64,000 bases of DNA from Blastocatellia bacterium AA13 (GCA_003222245.1 QHVH01000021.1:8262-72261); one strand, 5' to 3'. Counted from the stretch's first letter, positions 9,799 through 18,915 are shown. Program-made: numbers and translations. Notes: generated by a model from the letters alone, not told the origin.

Positions 9799-11319
9799 AT
9801 GAAACCCAGCGACGACGTCAATCCCAACCCCCGATCGGATGAACCATCAACCGGCCGGTCAGAGCGAATTGAAAACAACGCACTGCACAATGAGCAGCAA
9901 CCAGGCGAGACAGAATCGCGGGCTGGCGACCTCACCGACAATGATTTGTTGGTTCGACCGCTCGTTGCCCGCCCAAAACCAAAGAAGCTCAAGCGCTATC
10001 TGATTTTCGCGGCGGCGATCCTGGTAGCACTCGGGGCCGTGCTGGTTGGGATCTACCGCCTGAGTGCGTCACAATCGTTGAAGATCAACATCGCAGCGAA
10101 GAAACCGGACCGGGCGACCGACCAGGCGGCCGCCTCCGACAAGACGCCCGAAGATCCCGCCGCCGAAGCGCTTGCGGAGGTCAGAAGCGTATTGACGAAA
10201 GCTTCAGCCGCGCCTCCTTCCATACCTTCGGTATCGTCTCCAGCTCTTAACTCATCTGCCAATTTGCAGAGCCAGAAGCTCAATCTGCCGCAAGGCACAG
10301 CGGCGCTTACAGCCGAGAACACAGCCGACAGGGGCGACGCGAAGCACAACGAACTATCGGCATCGAACGCCGGCCGCCGAAATCAAGAGCGATCCATCCG
10401 CTTCCCGAGCGACGACGAAAACCAGTTGTCACGCAATGCCTCGAATTCAGCGCGAACCGATTCGGCTCCGCCTCGTTCGGATAACAGTCACCGCGGCGCC
10501 AGCCCGGAGAGTAGCTTCAACACACCACGCGCTAAAGACGCGCATAGTGCATCGCTCGCGACCCCCGTCGTCTTACCGAGCTTCGGCTCGATCCTTCCGG
10601 TTCGAACCCTTGGCAAGATCTACACGCTTCGATCCGGCTCCTCCATTCGGCTGGAACTAACCAGATACGTATCGCGCGACGGATGGTCGCTTCCCAAAGG
10701 CACGGTGTTGATCGGGCAGGTTCGCGGCAGCGAGCAGGATCGGGCGTTCATCGTTATCACGGGCTTTATCGATTCGTCGCGTGACCGCTTCGTAAAACTG
10801 AACGGCGAGATTCTCGGCGACGACGGAGGCTCGGGTCTTCACGGCAAATTCCACAAGCTATCGAGCGGCTGGTCCCGCGCTTTTGCCCGTGTCGCTTCAA
10901 CTGCGGTGAACGTCGCGGGCGCCGTAGCAAGCAGTCGAATAAGCGGCCAACCGGTGATCATCACCGACGCCGGCTCTCGCGCAATAGCCCCGTTCAGCTC
11001 CGAAGTCGATTCCACGTTACTCGGACAGGCTCGCGGCTTCGTCGAGGTACCCGCAGGCACCGCCGGATTCGTCATGGTGACAACCCTTCCGGCAGCCGCC
11101 GAAGGCGTCGACGCCCTACCGGATCAGCCGGCTTCAAGAGGCCCAAACTCGAGCGACGAGACCAGCCAAACAACGCCGCTCACACAGGACGAACTCGCGG
11201 CGCTATTAACTTCAGGCGATCCCGAGCGCATCCGAGAAGCGCTCCCGCGAATGTCACCCCAGATGCGGCGCATCGCGGAAATCGTGCTCGCCGAGTCTTC
11301 CAGGCAAGACAAGGAATAG
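9799..11319 (+). CDS. virB10: VirB10/TrbI-like protein
   Basis: ATG at 9799 follows 'aggagacgaa'. It has a TM 'YLIFAAAILVALGAVLVGIY', a Pro/Ser-rich linker and a C-terminal 'LPKGTVLIGQVRGSEQDRAFIVITGFID..LNGEILGDDGGSGLHGK' resembling the TrbI barrel domain. The longest ORF (9712) overlaps virB9. Confidence 0.7.
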   Translation: MKPSDDVNPNPRSDEPSTGRSERIENNALHNEQQPGETESRAGDLTDNDLLVRPLVARPKPKKLKRYLIFAAAILVALGAVLVGIYRLSASQSLKINIAAKKPDRATDQAAASDKTPEDPAAEALAEVRSVLTKASAAPPSIPSVSSPALNSSANLQSQKLNLPQGTAALTAENTADRGDAKHNELSASNAGRRNQERSIRFPSDDENQLSRNASNSARTDSAPPRSDNSHRGASPESSFNTPRAKDAHSASLATPVVLPSFGSILPVRTLGKIYTLRSGSSIRLELTRYVSRDGWSLPKGTVLIGQVRGSEQDRAFIVITGFIDSSRDRFVKLNGEILGDDGGSGLHGKFHKLSSGWSRAFARVASTAVNVAGAVASSRISGQPVIITDAGSRAIAPFSSEVDSTLLGQARGFVEVPAGTAGFVMVTTLPAAAEGVDALPDQPASRGPNSSDETSQTTPLTQDELAALLTSGDPERIREALPRMSPQMRRIAEIVLAESSRQDKE

Positions 11320-11367
11320 GAAAACGCCAACCGGCGAATCAAAGCTAGATAGGAAGCGAAATCCGAA

Positions 11368-12402
11368 ATGGTTCCACGCAACATCAACGTGCCTTCCATC
11401 GATCCTCGGCAGCTTGTGGACTCACACGGGCAAGCCGCGCTCGGCGATCTCATTGCCCAGACCGGCTACGTGATCCAGAACCGGCTGCTCGGCGATCTCA
11501 AACACGCACTTCGAAGCGGCAAGCCGTGGCTCATCGAAGGCCCTCGCGGCGGCGGTAAGACGGCCCTTGCCGAGGCTCTCGCAGCAGCTTGCAACCTGCC
11601 GTGTTTCTACCTGCAGGGGATGCAAGGTCTGTCGCTTGACGACGTGCTCTACTCGTGGGATCGAGAGGGCCAGAACCAGTGGGTGCGTCAGGCGACGGCT
11701 TCCGGGAAGTCACTGGCGGAAGCTCGCCGCCAACAGTGGTCAAGAGAGTACCTGATACTGGGCGAAGCGCTTGGCGCGTTCGATCTGGCTTCAGAGCGCG
11801 ACATCGCGCCCGTGCTAATCATCGACGAAGCCGACAAGCTCGCCGAACATATTGAAGACATGTTGCTCCAGCTTCTTGGCCGCGGCTGGGCGCACGTCCC
11901 GCGGTACGGGGACATCGGCATCCGCGACTGCGGTCAGTGGCCGGTGGTCGTTCTTCTCTCAAACGACATTCGCCATGACCTGTCGCCGCCTCTGCGTTCG
12001 CGGTGCGTATACAGTTGGCTCGAACCGCCCACTCCTCGCGAAGAGGTTCGAATCTTGCGCGCCCGCGTTCCCACGGCTTCAGCGCGCTTATTGGCCGATG
12101 TCGTCAAGATCATCAATTGCATTCGAGGCATCGGCGGAGTCACGGACAAGCCTGGCCTCAGGGAGAGCATTGATCTACTAACGGCGCTTGTCGGATACGA
12201 ACCCATCACCTGGTCCGAGGAGCTGATCGACGAGCACCTCTGCTTTCTCGGAAAGCGCAATAAGGATAGAGCAAATCTCGAGAAGGGGGTCGCGCGCCTC
12301 CTGCAAGCTATTCGCCTTCCGCATCCGGACATCGACCGCTGGGTCGAATCCGCGTGCGCCGACCACGTTTCGAAGCTTGAGAAGTCTGAGGAATCCGTAT
12401 GA
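11368..12402 (+). CDS. MoxR-type AAA+ ATPase
   Basis: Walker A 'GPRGGGKTALAEALA', Walker B 'VLIIDEADKL' and sensor region 'LSPPLRSRCVYSWLEPPTPREEVRIL'. This is not the VirB11 'GxTGSGKTT' type. Confidence 0.8.
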   Translation: MVPRNINVPSIDPRQLVDSHGQAALGDLIAQTGYVIQNRLLGDLKHALRSGKPWLIEGPRGGGKTALAEALAAACNLPCFYLQGMQGLSLDDVLYSWDREGQNQWVRQATASGKSLAEARRQQWSREYLILGEALGAFDLASERDIAPVLIIDEADKLAEHIEDMLLQLLGRGWAHVPRYGDIGIRDCGQWPVVVLLSNDIRHDLSPPLRSRCVYSWLEPPTPREEVRILRARVPTASARLLADVVKIINCIRGIGGVTDKPGLRESIDLLTALVGYEPITWSEELIDEHLCFLGKRNKDRANLEKGVARLLQAIRLPHPDIDRWVESACADHVSKLEKSEESV

Positions 12403-13136
12403 CAAGAAGTACAAGAACTAACACTCCCGAATCCACCTCAACGCCAAGGCGAGTGCTGTTATTGCTCGCGGCCGTGGCTTTAATCCTGGGCATTCTGGCT
12501 ATCCGGCATTGCGCGGGCCTCAAAGCCCAGTATGTCGATCCGATAGTCACTGTCGAGCAGTGGCCGGTTGATGAACGAGACGAGGCCAAAGTGATGCCAC
12601 CCCTTCGGCTGGCTGATTTCCCGGACACGGGCGAGGTCTATCGCACCGCGGATCGGCTCCGGGAAGCTTCGGCCCTGGCGCTTGTCGCCGCGCTTTATGC
12701 CGCAAGCGAACTCGCCGGTGGCCGACACCCCAGGGATGCGACCGCCCTAATTGCCAATATCGCATCATCCGTTCTTGTGCCGCCTGGAATAAAGCTCGAT
12801 GGGGCTGATGGCCCCGCCATGCTCCTCTCACCATTGGGTAAGATTCAGCTTCGTTTTAGACCAGATCCCTTGACGGTTGAGGTCATCAGCATACCCGGGC
12901 GGCGCGAGGACGGCCCCGCGCTAATGGTGCGCATTCCGGGAACAGGACCGGGCGGCGAAGGTGGATCGGTCTTCATCGCCGACTGGCTCGGAGACATTGC
13001 CCCTCCCCCGCCATTCGCCGGTACCTCCGACTGCGTCCGCGCGGGCTGGATCGACCAACCGTTTAATCAAGCGGAGATTTCTGGAGCCGAGCAACAACAA
13101 CTCCGCGTGTGGCTGTCGGCGAAGCGGCGCCCGTAA
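12399..13136 (+). CDS. Hypothetical membrane-anchored protein, translationally coupled to the MoxR-like gene
   Basis: ATGA start/stop overlap with the upstream gene. One N-terminal TM (VLLLLAAVALILGILAI). No motif recognised. Confidence 0.5.
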   Translation: MTRSTRTNTPESTSTPRRVLLLLAAVALILGILAIRHCAGLKAQYVDPIVTVEQWPVDERDEAKVMPPLRLADFPDTGEVYRTADRLREASALALVAALYAASELAGGRHPRDATALIANIASSVLVPPGIKLDGADGPAMLLSPLGKIQLRFRPDPLTVEVISIPGRREDGPALMVRIPGTGPGGEGGSVFIADWLGDIAPPPPFAGTSDCVRAGWIDQPFNQAEISGAEQQQLRVWLSAKRRP

Positions 13137-13165
13137 TCCAACCGAAATCGAAAGGATGAGTTCTT

Positions 13166-15088
13166 ATGTCGTTGATCAACCGTATCCAGAAGTATGACGC
13201 CGAGCACGGCATTCCGCGTCCGATGACCGCGCCCCACCTTACCGCCTATCACGCGGCGCTCCACTGCCTCAAAACCGGCGCCGAGATGTTTAGCCTCATC
13301 TGTTGCGGACTGGTGTCGGCATATCTCTTGTGGATCTCGGCCAACCTCGTCAAGGCCGAGTTTGAAGTTCGTCTGATATTCGTCGCCGGAATGCTGCTGG
13401 CCATGCTCATAAGCGCCGCCGAAGCCTTGCAGTTGCTTATGCCATATCGCCGCTTTAGGCAGCGCCTCACTCACGGCTCGGCGATGTGGGCCGACACCGC
13501 CTGGCTCAAGTCGCAAGGCTTCGCCAAGGACTTCACGGCGACTCTGAAACCGTGTGAACTGAGGCTGGGCAGCCTTCCTACGGGTCACCAACTCGTGCTG
13601 CCCGCTTCTCACACCCTGCGGCACGTCGCGATGTTTGGCCCGCCCGGTTCCGGCAAATCCGCCACCTTCATTTGTACCTTTCTCAGAAACTGGTCCAAGA
13701 ACGGTTCCACGATCGTGCTCGATCCCAAAGGCGAGCTATACGCCCAGACCGCCTCTTACTACGAGCACGCCTATCGGCTGGATCTGATGGAGCCGGACAA
13801 ATCGGACCATTGGAACTTTGTTCCCGTCTGTAAGAACAACGCCGAGCTTGCCCACCAGATCGCTTCCATCATCGTCGGCGCAAAGCCGGGTGCGAAGGCC
13901 ACTGACTCCGAAGGCTTCTGGCGAGACTCTGAAATCGCCGCCCTGAGCGCCATCCTGTTACACCTGCCGCACATCGTCCCCTACCCAACGCCGGCGATGA
14001 TAAACGAGTTCATTTCACTTCGCTCCATCGACGCCGAGGAGGGGCAGTTGCTGTCGCCGCTCACCCGAGAGATGTTCGAATCCCCCGACCCGCAGGTAGG
14101 CGTCTACTGGGGCGCGTTCACCAAGGCCAAGCGCGATCTTCAGGGCTCGATACTCACCGGAGTCATCGCCAAGTGCCAGGCCTTCACGACCCCTAACGTC
14201 CAATCGGTTACCAGCGCCTCCGATGAAGACTCAGTCGGCCGCGCCGAGATTGATCTCAACATGCTCCGCAGCCGCGGTACCGGCATCTATGTCGTCATAC
14301 CGGAAGGTGACGCCGACCGGTATGCGGCGTTTCTTACGACGTTCTTCGGGATCGGAATGGCCGTGTTGAGGAGGGACAAGGTGACCGAGCAAACCGTGCC
14401 GTCGCTTTTCCTGTTTGACGAGGCAGGCAACATCCCCATTTATGGCCTCAAGGAAATGCTTGGCGTGGGACGAGGCCGCAAAGTGGCGGTTGTCCTCGCC
14501 TATCAGAACCTCGGCCAGGTCTATGCCCACTATGGACACGACGGAGGACACGCGGTGCTGGGTTCGATCAATACGATGGTGTTCCTGCCTGGCCTCGATC
14601 AACACACAACCGAGTTTGCCGCCTCGCGAGTCGGACCCACCACCGTCCTCCAACACACGACGGTTGATGCGCCCGGTACACAGAACGACGCCGAGCGGCT
14701 CGCCGAAACCAAGCGCGACCTTATCGACGCTGCCGAGCTGCGGCAGTTGGTTCGCCACAAACAGGCCGTTACCATCATAGACACCGCTCCGCCGATCAAG
14801 TTTGCGTACCCACCGCTTGTCCAGGCTGCTGGCAATGCCCTTTCGGAGGCGGCTCACAAAGGAATGCCCGCGGTCATCGACTTCCGCGGCGCGGAAAAGG
14901 AACTCACAAGTGCGCCGACAGGTAACCCGCTGCCGAATAGCCCGGCCAAGCCCGTTCCAGTAACGACTTCAGAACCTCCAGAGAGAACAACAGACGAAGC
15001 GGCCGGGACCACCGACGGCGAAGGCGAGTCCGGCAAGAGCCAAAAGCCTCCGAGAGTCTCTCCCTTAGGCCTCGATTCAGCGGAGTAA
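13166..15088 (+). CDS. virD4: Type IV coupling protein (VirD4/TraG family)
   Basis: Two N-terminal TM helices, Walker A 'FGPPGSGKSATF', Walker B 'LFLFDEAGN' and a conserved 'VVLAYQNLGQV' region. Confidence 0.85.
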   Translation: MSLINRIQKYDAEHGIPRPMTAPHLTAYHAALHCLKTGAEMFSLICCGLVSAYLLWISANLVKAEFEVRLIFVAGMLLAMLISAAEALQLLMPYRRFRQRLTHGSAMWADTAWLKSQGFAKDFTATLKPCELRLGSLPTGHQLVLPASHTLRHVAMFGPPGSGKSATFICTFLRNWSKNGSTIVLDPKGELYAQTASYYEHAYRLDLMEPDKSDHWNFVPVCKNNAELAHQIASIIVGAKPGAKATDSEGFWRDSEIAALSAILLHLPHIVPYPTPAMINEFISLRSIDAEEGQLLSPLTREMFESPDPQVGVYWGAFTKAKRDLQGSILTGVIAKCQAFTTPNVQSVTSASDEDSVGRAEIDLNMLRSRGTGIYVVIPEGDADRYAAFLTTFFGIGMAVLRRDKVTEQTVPSLFLFDEAGNIPIYGLKEMLGVGRGRKVAVVLAYQNLGQVYAHYGHDGGHAVLGSINTMVFLPGLDQHTTEFAASRVGPTTVLQHTTVDAPGTQNDAERLAETKRDLIDAAELRQLVRHKQAVTIIDTAPPIKFAYPPLVQAAGNALSEAAHKGMPAVIDFRGAEKELTSAPTGNPLPNSPAKPVPVTTSEPPERTTDEAAGTTDGEGESGKSQKPPRVSPLGLDSAE

Positions 15089-15095
15089 TAAGACA

Positions 15096-15644
15096 ATGCC
15101 ATCAACAGATGAAAAAGGCCCGCGCTTCACGTTCTTCACCCTGGGTTTTGCGATTGCGGTCGCGCTCGGCTGCTACGGGTACTCCCTTTGGGATGCCTCT
15201 CAGCAGGAGAAGGCGCTCGTGCCCAGACCGGCCACTGACTATATGATCAAGGCGCTGAGAGCCTACCACCATCAGATCGGGCGGTTTCCACAGAACTTCG
15301 TCGACCTTGAGGCGAGAGTCTGGAAGCACGCCCAGCCCCCCAAGTTCTATGAGGAGGGCCGCAGTATCTCGATGCACAACTACTACTACATCTACTACCT
15401 GGTCGAGCCGGGCGTCTGCGCTCTGTGGGCAATACCGGTGAACAAGCGAAGAGAAGAGGGCTCGACTTATTTTCTGACGATATCTCCGCAGGCTGTACGC
15501 CGATGGAGGGGAGCGCCGCTGACGTTCGATGAGATCAAGCGCCTTCCTGATCTTCCTACTCCTGCCCAGCTTGCGGTGCTCGGACTAACCGAGCTAACAC
15601 CAACACAGCTACCCTCGCGCAATGGGCGCCGCCCTTCGCAGTAA
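15096..15644 (+). CDS. Hypothetical membrane protein
   Basis: 182 aa with an N-terminal TM (FTFFTLGFAIAVALGCYGY). It abuts virD4. Confidence 0.45.
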   Translation: MPSTDEKGPRFTFFTLGFAIAVALGCYGYSLWDASQQEKALVPRPATDYMIKALRAYHHQIGRFPQNFVDLEARVWKHAQPPKFYEEGRSISMHNYYYIYYLVEPGVCALWAIPVNKRREEGSTYFLTISPQAVRRWRGAPLTFDEIKRLPDLPTPAQLAVLGLTELTPTQLPSRNGRRPSQ

Positions 15645-15893
15645 ATGGAATTCATCATGCGCACAAGAAGGACTAATTCCTACGGCAATGACAGCGTGGC
15701 TCGGCGTGGCGAAAGCCCCCTCAAGCTCGCGGTGCGCTTGACGCTCAGTCAGCTTTCTGGCGGCATTGAACCCGCCGAAGCGATCCAGTTTGCCGCCAGG
15801 TATCACGTCGTCACGTGTGCGGCGATTCAAGCCGAACTAGCCAAGAGCGGTCTGTTGAGCCCTGATGCCTTCCCCCTGCCTAAGCCTGCCTGA
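15645..15893 (+). CDS. Small hypothetical protein
   Basis: An 82-aa ORF abutting the previous gene, with no motif. Weak call. Confidence 0.3.
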   Translation: MEFIMRTRRTNSYGNDSVARRGESPLKLAVRLTLSQLSGGIEPAEAIQFAARYHVVTCAAIQAELAKSGLLSPDAFPLPKPA

Positions 15894-15927
15894 ACTGATC
15901 GGTACTGGTACTCCCGGCGTTCTTATT

Positions 15928-16118
15928 GCGCATTAACCCGAGGACTATTTTCGCTCCGACAAATTAAGGTCAAGGGGCGAGACGAGTCGGCCCAACGGCT
16001 GCGCGGAACGAAGCGTTCGCCATCATCTATTCATGTATACAACCGCAGCCTAACCGCAGGCCGACCCCTGTGACCTGAATTGTGTCTCCGCTGAACCTGT
16101 CCTCTATCGGGTTAACGC
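15928..16118. promoter_or_regulatory. About 190-nt imperfect hairpin directly upstream of ardC (candidate single-strand promoter/ssi-type element)
   Basis: Hand-paired helices: 15997-16003/16044-16050 (7 bp), 15987-15992/16059-16064 (6 bp), 15967-15977/16065-16076 (11 bp with one bulge), 15958-15965/16078-16086 (8 bp with one bulge), 15942-15945/16099-16102 (4 bp), 15933-15941/16107-16115 (9 bp) and 15928-15930/16116-16118 (3 bp). The apical loop holds the mini-hairpin gaacg-aag-cgttc. Confidence 0.45.
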
Positions 16119-16155
16119 TTAGTTCTTAATGCTGAAAACCATTGGAGGATAGAAG

Positions 16156-16941
16156 ATGACCGCATCAAGTTTTGACCGCGACAACCAGCAGAAATGGAGC
16201 GAACTGTTAGCGCAAGCAGTTTCTCAGCCCGGTTTGATCCTTAAAGCTTATTCAGCTTTCTGGGGTTACTCGCTCGGAAATCAAATGGCAGCGCTCTTGC
16301 AATGCAGGCTCAGGGGCATCGAACCCGGCCCGATTGATACATATAGAGGATGGCTCAACAAAGGCAGGCAGGTTCGCAAGAGCGAAAAGGCAATCTGGCT
16401 TTGCATGCCGCTCACCCGCAAAAAGGCCAACGACGAGACCGGAGAGGAAGACCTCTACATTAGCGCCTTTGTTTGGAAGCCGCGCTGGTTCGTTCTGTCG
16501 CAAACCGATGGCGAGCCGGTGCCGATGCCCGAAATGCCGGAATGGAACAAGGAGCGCGCCCTAACCGCGCTTGGCATCGAAGAGATTCCCTTCACTCACA
16601 CAAACGGCAACACTCAGGGGTTTTCGCGCGGGAACAAAATAGCAATCTCACCGCTTGCCGCCCTCCCGCATAAAACTCTCTTTCACGAGTTAGCGCATTC
16701 GATTCTACACGCGAGCGAAGCGGAGATTATCGATTCAGAGCGGACGCCCAAGAGCTTGCGGGAAGTTGAAGCCGAGTCCGTAGCGATGCTGGTTTGTGAG
16801 TCGCTTGGGTTGTCATGCGCCGAATATGCGCGCGGCTACATTCAAGGGTGGCTTGAGGGCGAATCGATCCCCGAGAAATCCGCGCAACGAATCTTCGGAG
16901 CAGCCGACCGGATTTTAAGAGCCGGTCGAGCCAGGAACTGA
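16156..16941 (+). CDS. ardC: ArdC-like antirestriction protein (ssDNA-binding N-domain plus zincin metalloprotease)
   Basis: N-terminal 'YSLGNQMAALLQCRLRGIEPGPIDTYRGWLNKGRQVRKSEKAIWL' is typical of the ArdC N-domain. HExxH motif 'HELAHSILH'. RBS 'ggagg' precedes the ATG. Confidence 0.85.
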   Translation: MTASSFDRDNQQKWSELLAQAVSQPGLILKAYSAFWGYSLGNQMAALLQCRLRGIEPGPIDTYRGWLNKGRQVRKSEKAIWLCMPLTRKKANDETGEEDLYISAFVWKPRWFVLSQTDGEPVPMPEMPEWNKERALTALGIEEIPFTHTNGNTQGFSRGNKIAISPLAALPHKTLFHELAHSILHASEAEIIDSERTPKSLREVEAESVAMLVCESLGLSCAEYARGYIQGWLEGESIPEKSAQRIFGAADRILRAGRARN

Positions 16942-17026
16942 AACCGATAGCCGCCCGCTTCCGAACCCGGACGCAGCGCCAATCACTGACGAACGAAGTA
17001 ATCACCGTACGGAAATCATGAGTTAC

Positions 17027-17246
17027 ACAGCTTCTCTTCAAATTCGCCATGGGAGTAACCCTTCGAGAGAAAAATTCGGCCTCTCTCAAGTAAGGCGCTT
17101 GCGCCTTCAGGAGAACGGGTCGCGGAACCTACGGGGGGAGCGCTACCCAACTGTCACGGTGCGTCGGCAGAAAGCCGTAGAGCCATGGCGGATTGGACAG
17201 ATGAAGGAAGCTGCAAGGCTCCGCTGGATGGCCACCGGCGGAGCCT
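17027..17246. promoter_or_regulatory. Structured region in the 487-bp ardC-ssb spacer
   Basis: Long-range inverted repeat 17027-17052 / 17183-17214 (about 25 pairs). Local palindrome 'aaggcgcttgcgcctt' at 17092-17107. Hairpin 'aggctccgc..gcggagcct' at 17216-17246. A tandem 10-mer 'aacagaggcg' x2 lies just downstream at 17264-17283. Confidence 0.35.
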
Positions 17247-17428
17247 GCCCTTTGACATCGACAAACAGAGGCGAACAGAGGCGAACTGATCCGAGATGTA
17301 CCCGAGTTCGGCAATCCCTCGATTATCAACGAGAGAGCTTATTGGCATCAGGCTTGCACAACTAATGGCTGGAAGTTGTCAACGTCCGGCCCAAACTTTC
17401 CACGTCAGCAACCATAGGAGAAACTAAC

Positions 17429-17827
17429 ATGTCCACCAGCTTTAACAAGATTGCGATCATTGGCTACCTTGGCCGAGACCCTGAGCTGCGCTACACCCCA
17501 GACGGCACGCCCGTTTGTAACTTCTCAGTGGCGACTACCGAGAAACGGAAAGACAAGTCCGGCGAACTGCAAGAAAACACCACCTGGTTTCAAGTCGCGC
17601 TGTTTGGCCGGCGAGCCGAGGTTGCAAAAGAGTACCTGTCCAAAGGCAGCCACGTATGGCTCGAAGGCTCACTGGCGTTGAGTCAGTGGACGGACAACGA
17701 GGGCGCAACCCGCGCCAGCCTCGAAGTCCGAGCCACGGACATCAGATTCCTGTCATCGTCCGGCGAGAAAGCTTCAGCCGCAACCGCCGCCGCTACATCG
17801 GCCACGGACGAAGACGTTCCTTTCTAA
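17429..17827 (+). CDS. ssb: Single-stranded DNA-binding protein
   Basis: OB-fold signature 'NKIAIIGYLGRDPELRYTPDGTPVCNFSVAT..TTWFQVALFGRRAEVAKEYLSKGSHVWLEG' and an acidic tip 'DEDVPF'. Confidence 0.95.
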   Translation: MSTSFNKIAIIGYLGRDPELRYTPDGTPVCNFSVATTEKRKDKSGELQENTTWFQVALFGRRAEVAKEYLSKGSHVWLEGSLALSQWTDNEGATRASLEVRATDIRFLSSSGEKASAATAAATSATDEDVPF

Positions 17828-17890
17828 AATATGGAAAACCAGAGAACCCAGGAGCCGGGCACATCGCTCGGCTTCTGGCCCAAATTTTTC

Positions 17891-17921
17891 GCGGGACAGT
17901 TTCTGGCCGAAACTGTCCCGC
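17891..17921. terminator. Perfect 13-bp stem-loop after ssb
   Basis: 'gcgggacagtttc-tggcc-gaaactgtcccgc'. It has no downstream T-tract on the plus strand, though 'aaattttt' lies just upstream. Confidence 0.4.
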
Positions 17922-18024
17922 TATCCAGACAAGGGCAGAGGCACGCGCCATAACTTATGCGCGCGCCGACCCGCGTATTGCGCGTCGTGAACGCCTAGAG
18001 AGATTCCGCTTTGGAGTAGGACCG

Positions 18025-18915
18025 ATGAGTCAAATACCCAATCACATAAACGCCCGACGCTCAAGCCGCGTAAGCCAGGCTTCTGGATTAGCAGAGGCAA
18101 CTGTAATGCTCGATCTCTTCGAAGCTCTCGGCGTGCGTTCGTTCGCTCTCACACTCACCGACGAAACCGGGCATAAGGTAGCCTACCAACCCCACAGAGC
18201 CCTTAGCACGCTCCGCATCGAACTGCTCGGCATATTGCTCAGGGCATTTCAAAAGCGTCTTAATGTCATAGTCAGGCCGCTCGCAGCCCATGCCCTCTCG
18301 CTCGTCCAGCTTGACGATCTGAGTCCGTCGCAGCTTGATCGAGTCAGCGGCTTCTCATTCCTTGTGCTTGAAACCAGCCCCGGAAACTTTCAGGCATGGT
18401 TGGCCGTCAAAGATGCGGACGCAGCAACCATGCGCCGCATCAAGAAAGCAGCGGGAGCAGACCCGAGCGCAAGCGGCGCGACGAGAATCGCCGGTTCATA
18501 CAACTTCAAACCGAAGTACGCTCCGGATTATCATCGAGTACAACTGCAATCCATCGCGCCAAAGCGCACCGTCATCGTAGCCGAGCTTGATAGCGCAGGG
18601 CTCCTTGCGCAAGAGGAACCCCCGCCCTCCGCTCCCGGCCATGCTCCCCGCCTTCGGCGCAAGCATCGGCTATCAAAGTGGCCGAGCTACGCGCGCTGTC
18701 TAGCTGACGCACCTAAGGCGAAGAATCACGAAGGCAAGGACCGCAGCGCTGCGGACTTTATGTTCTGCCTGCTCTCGATTGATAGAGGATGGCCGGTGAA
18801 GGCTGTCGCCAACCAGCTCCTCGTCGAAAGCGAGAAGGCGAGATGCCTCGGCGGTAAGTACGCGCTCTTCACGGCCGAGCGAGCCGAATCGGTCGTCAAC
18901 CGCAATCGTACCTAA
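18025..18915 (+). CDS. RepB-type (RSF1010 RepB-prime-like) DNA primase domain protein
   Basis: 'LNVIVRPL', 'LVQLDDL' and 'FLVLETSPGNFQAWLAV' match my recollection of the RepB_primase family. ATG at 18025 follows 'ggag'. The longest ORF (17656) overlaps ssb out of frame. Confidence 0.65.
   Translation: MSQIPNHINARRSSRVSQASGLAEATVMLDLFEALGVRSFALTLTDETGHKVAYQPHRALSTLRIELLGILLRAFQKRLNVIVRPLAAHALSLVQLDDLSPSQLDRVSGFSFLVLETSPGNFQAWLAVKDADAATMRRIKKAAGADPSASGATRIAGSYNFKPKYAPDYHRVQLQSIAPKRTVIVAELDSAGLLAQEEPPPSAPGHAPRLRRKHRLSKWPSYARCLADAPKAKNHEGKDRSAADFMFCLLSIDRGWPVKAVANQLLVESEKARCLGGKYALFTAERAESVVNRNRT

Larger units (their letters stand above)
1..18915. mobile_element. Conjugative-element backbone (type IV secretion genes plus an ArdC/SSB/primase leading-region-type module). 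The element continues past the left edge and its right limit is uncertain.
   Basis: Contiguous VirB/Trb-like genes, a VirD4-type coupling protein, ArdC, SSB and a RepB-type primase. No relaxase or integrase lies inside the window. Confidence 0.7.

Noticed and set aside
11368-12402. Calling this ATPase VirB11/TrbB because of its position
   Set aside because: Its Walker A and sensor motifs are of the MoxR/AAA+ type, not the VirB11 secretion-ATPase type.
14231-14857. 208-aa minus-strand ORF
   Set aside because: It is antisense to the well-supported virD4 gene and has no motifs.
17656-18024. 5' part of the 419-aa ORF 17656..18915
   Set aside because: It overlaps ssb in another frame and crosses a strong hairpin. 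The translated segment is Arg-rich junk, and the primase-like homology begins after the ATG at 18025.
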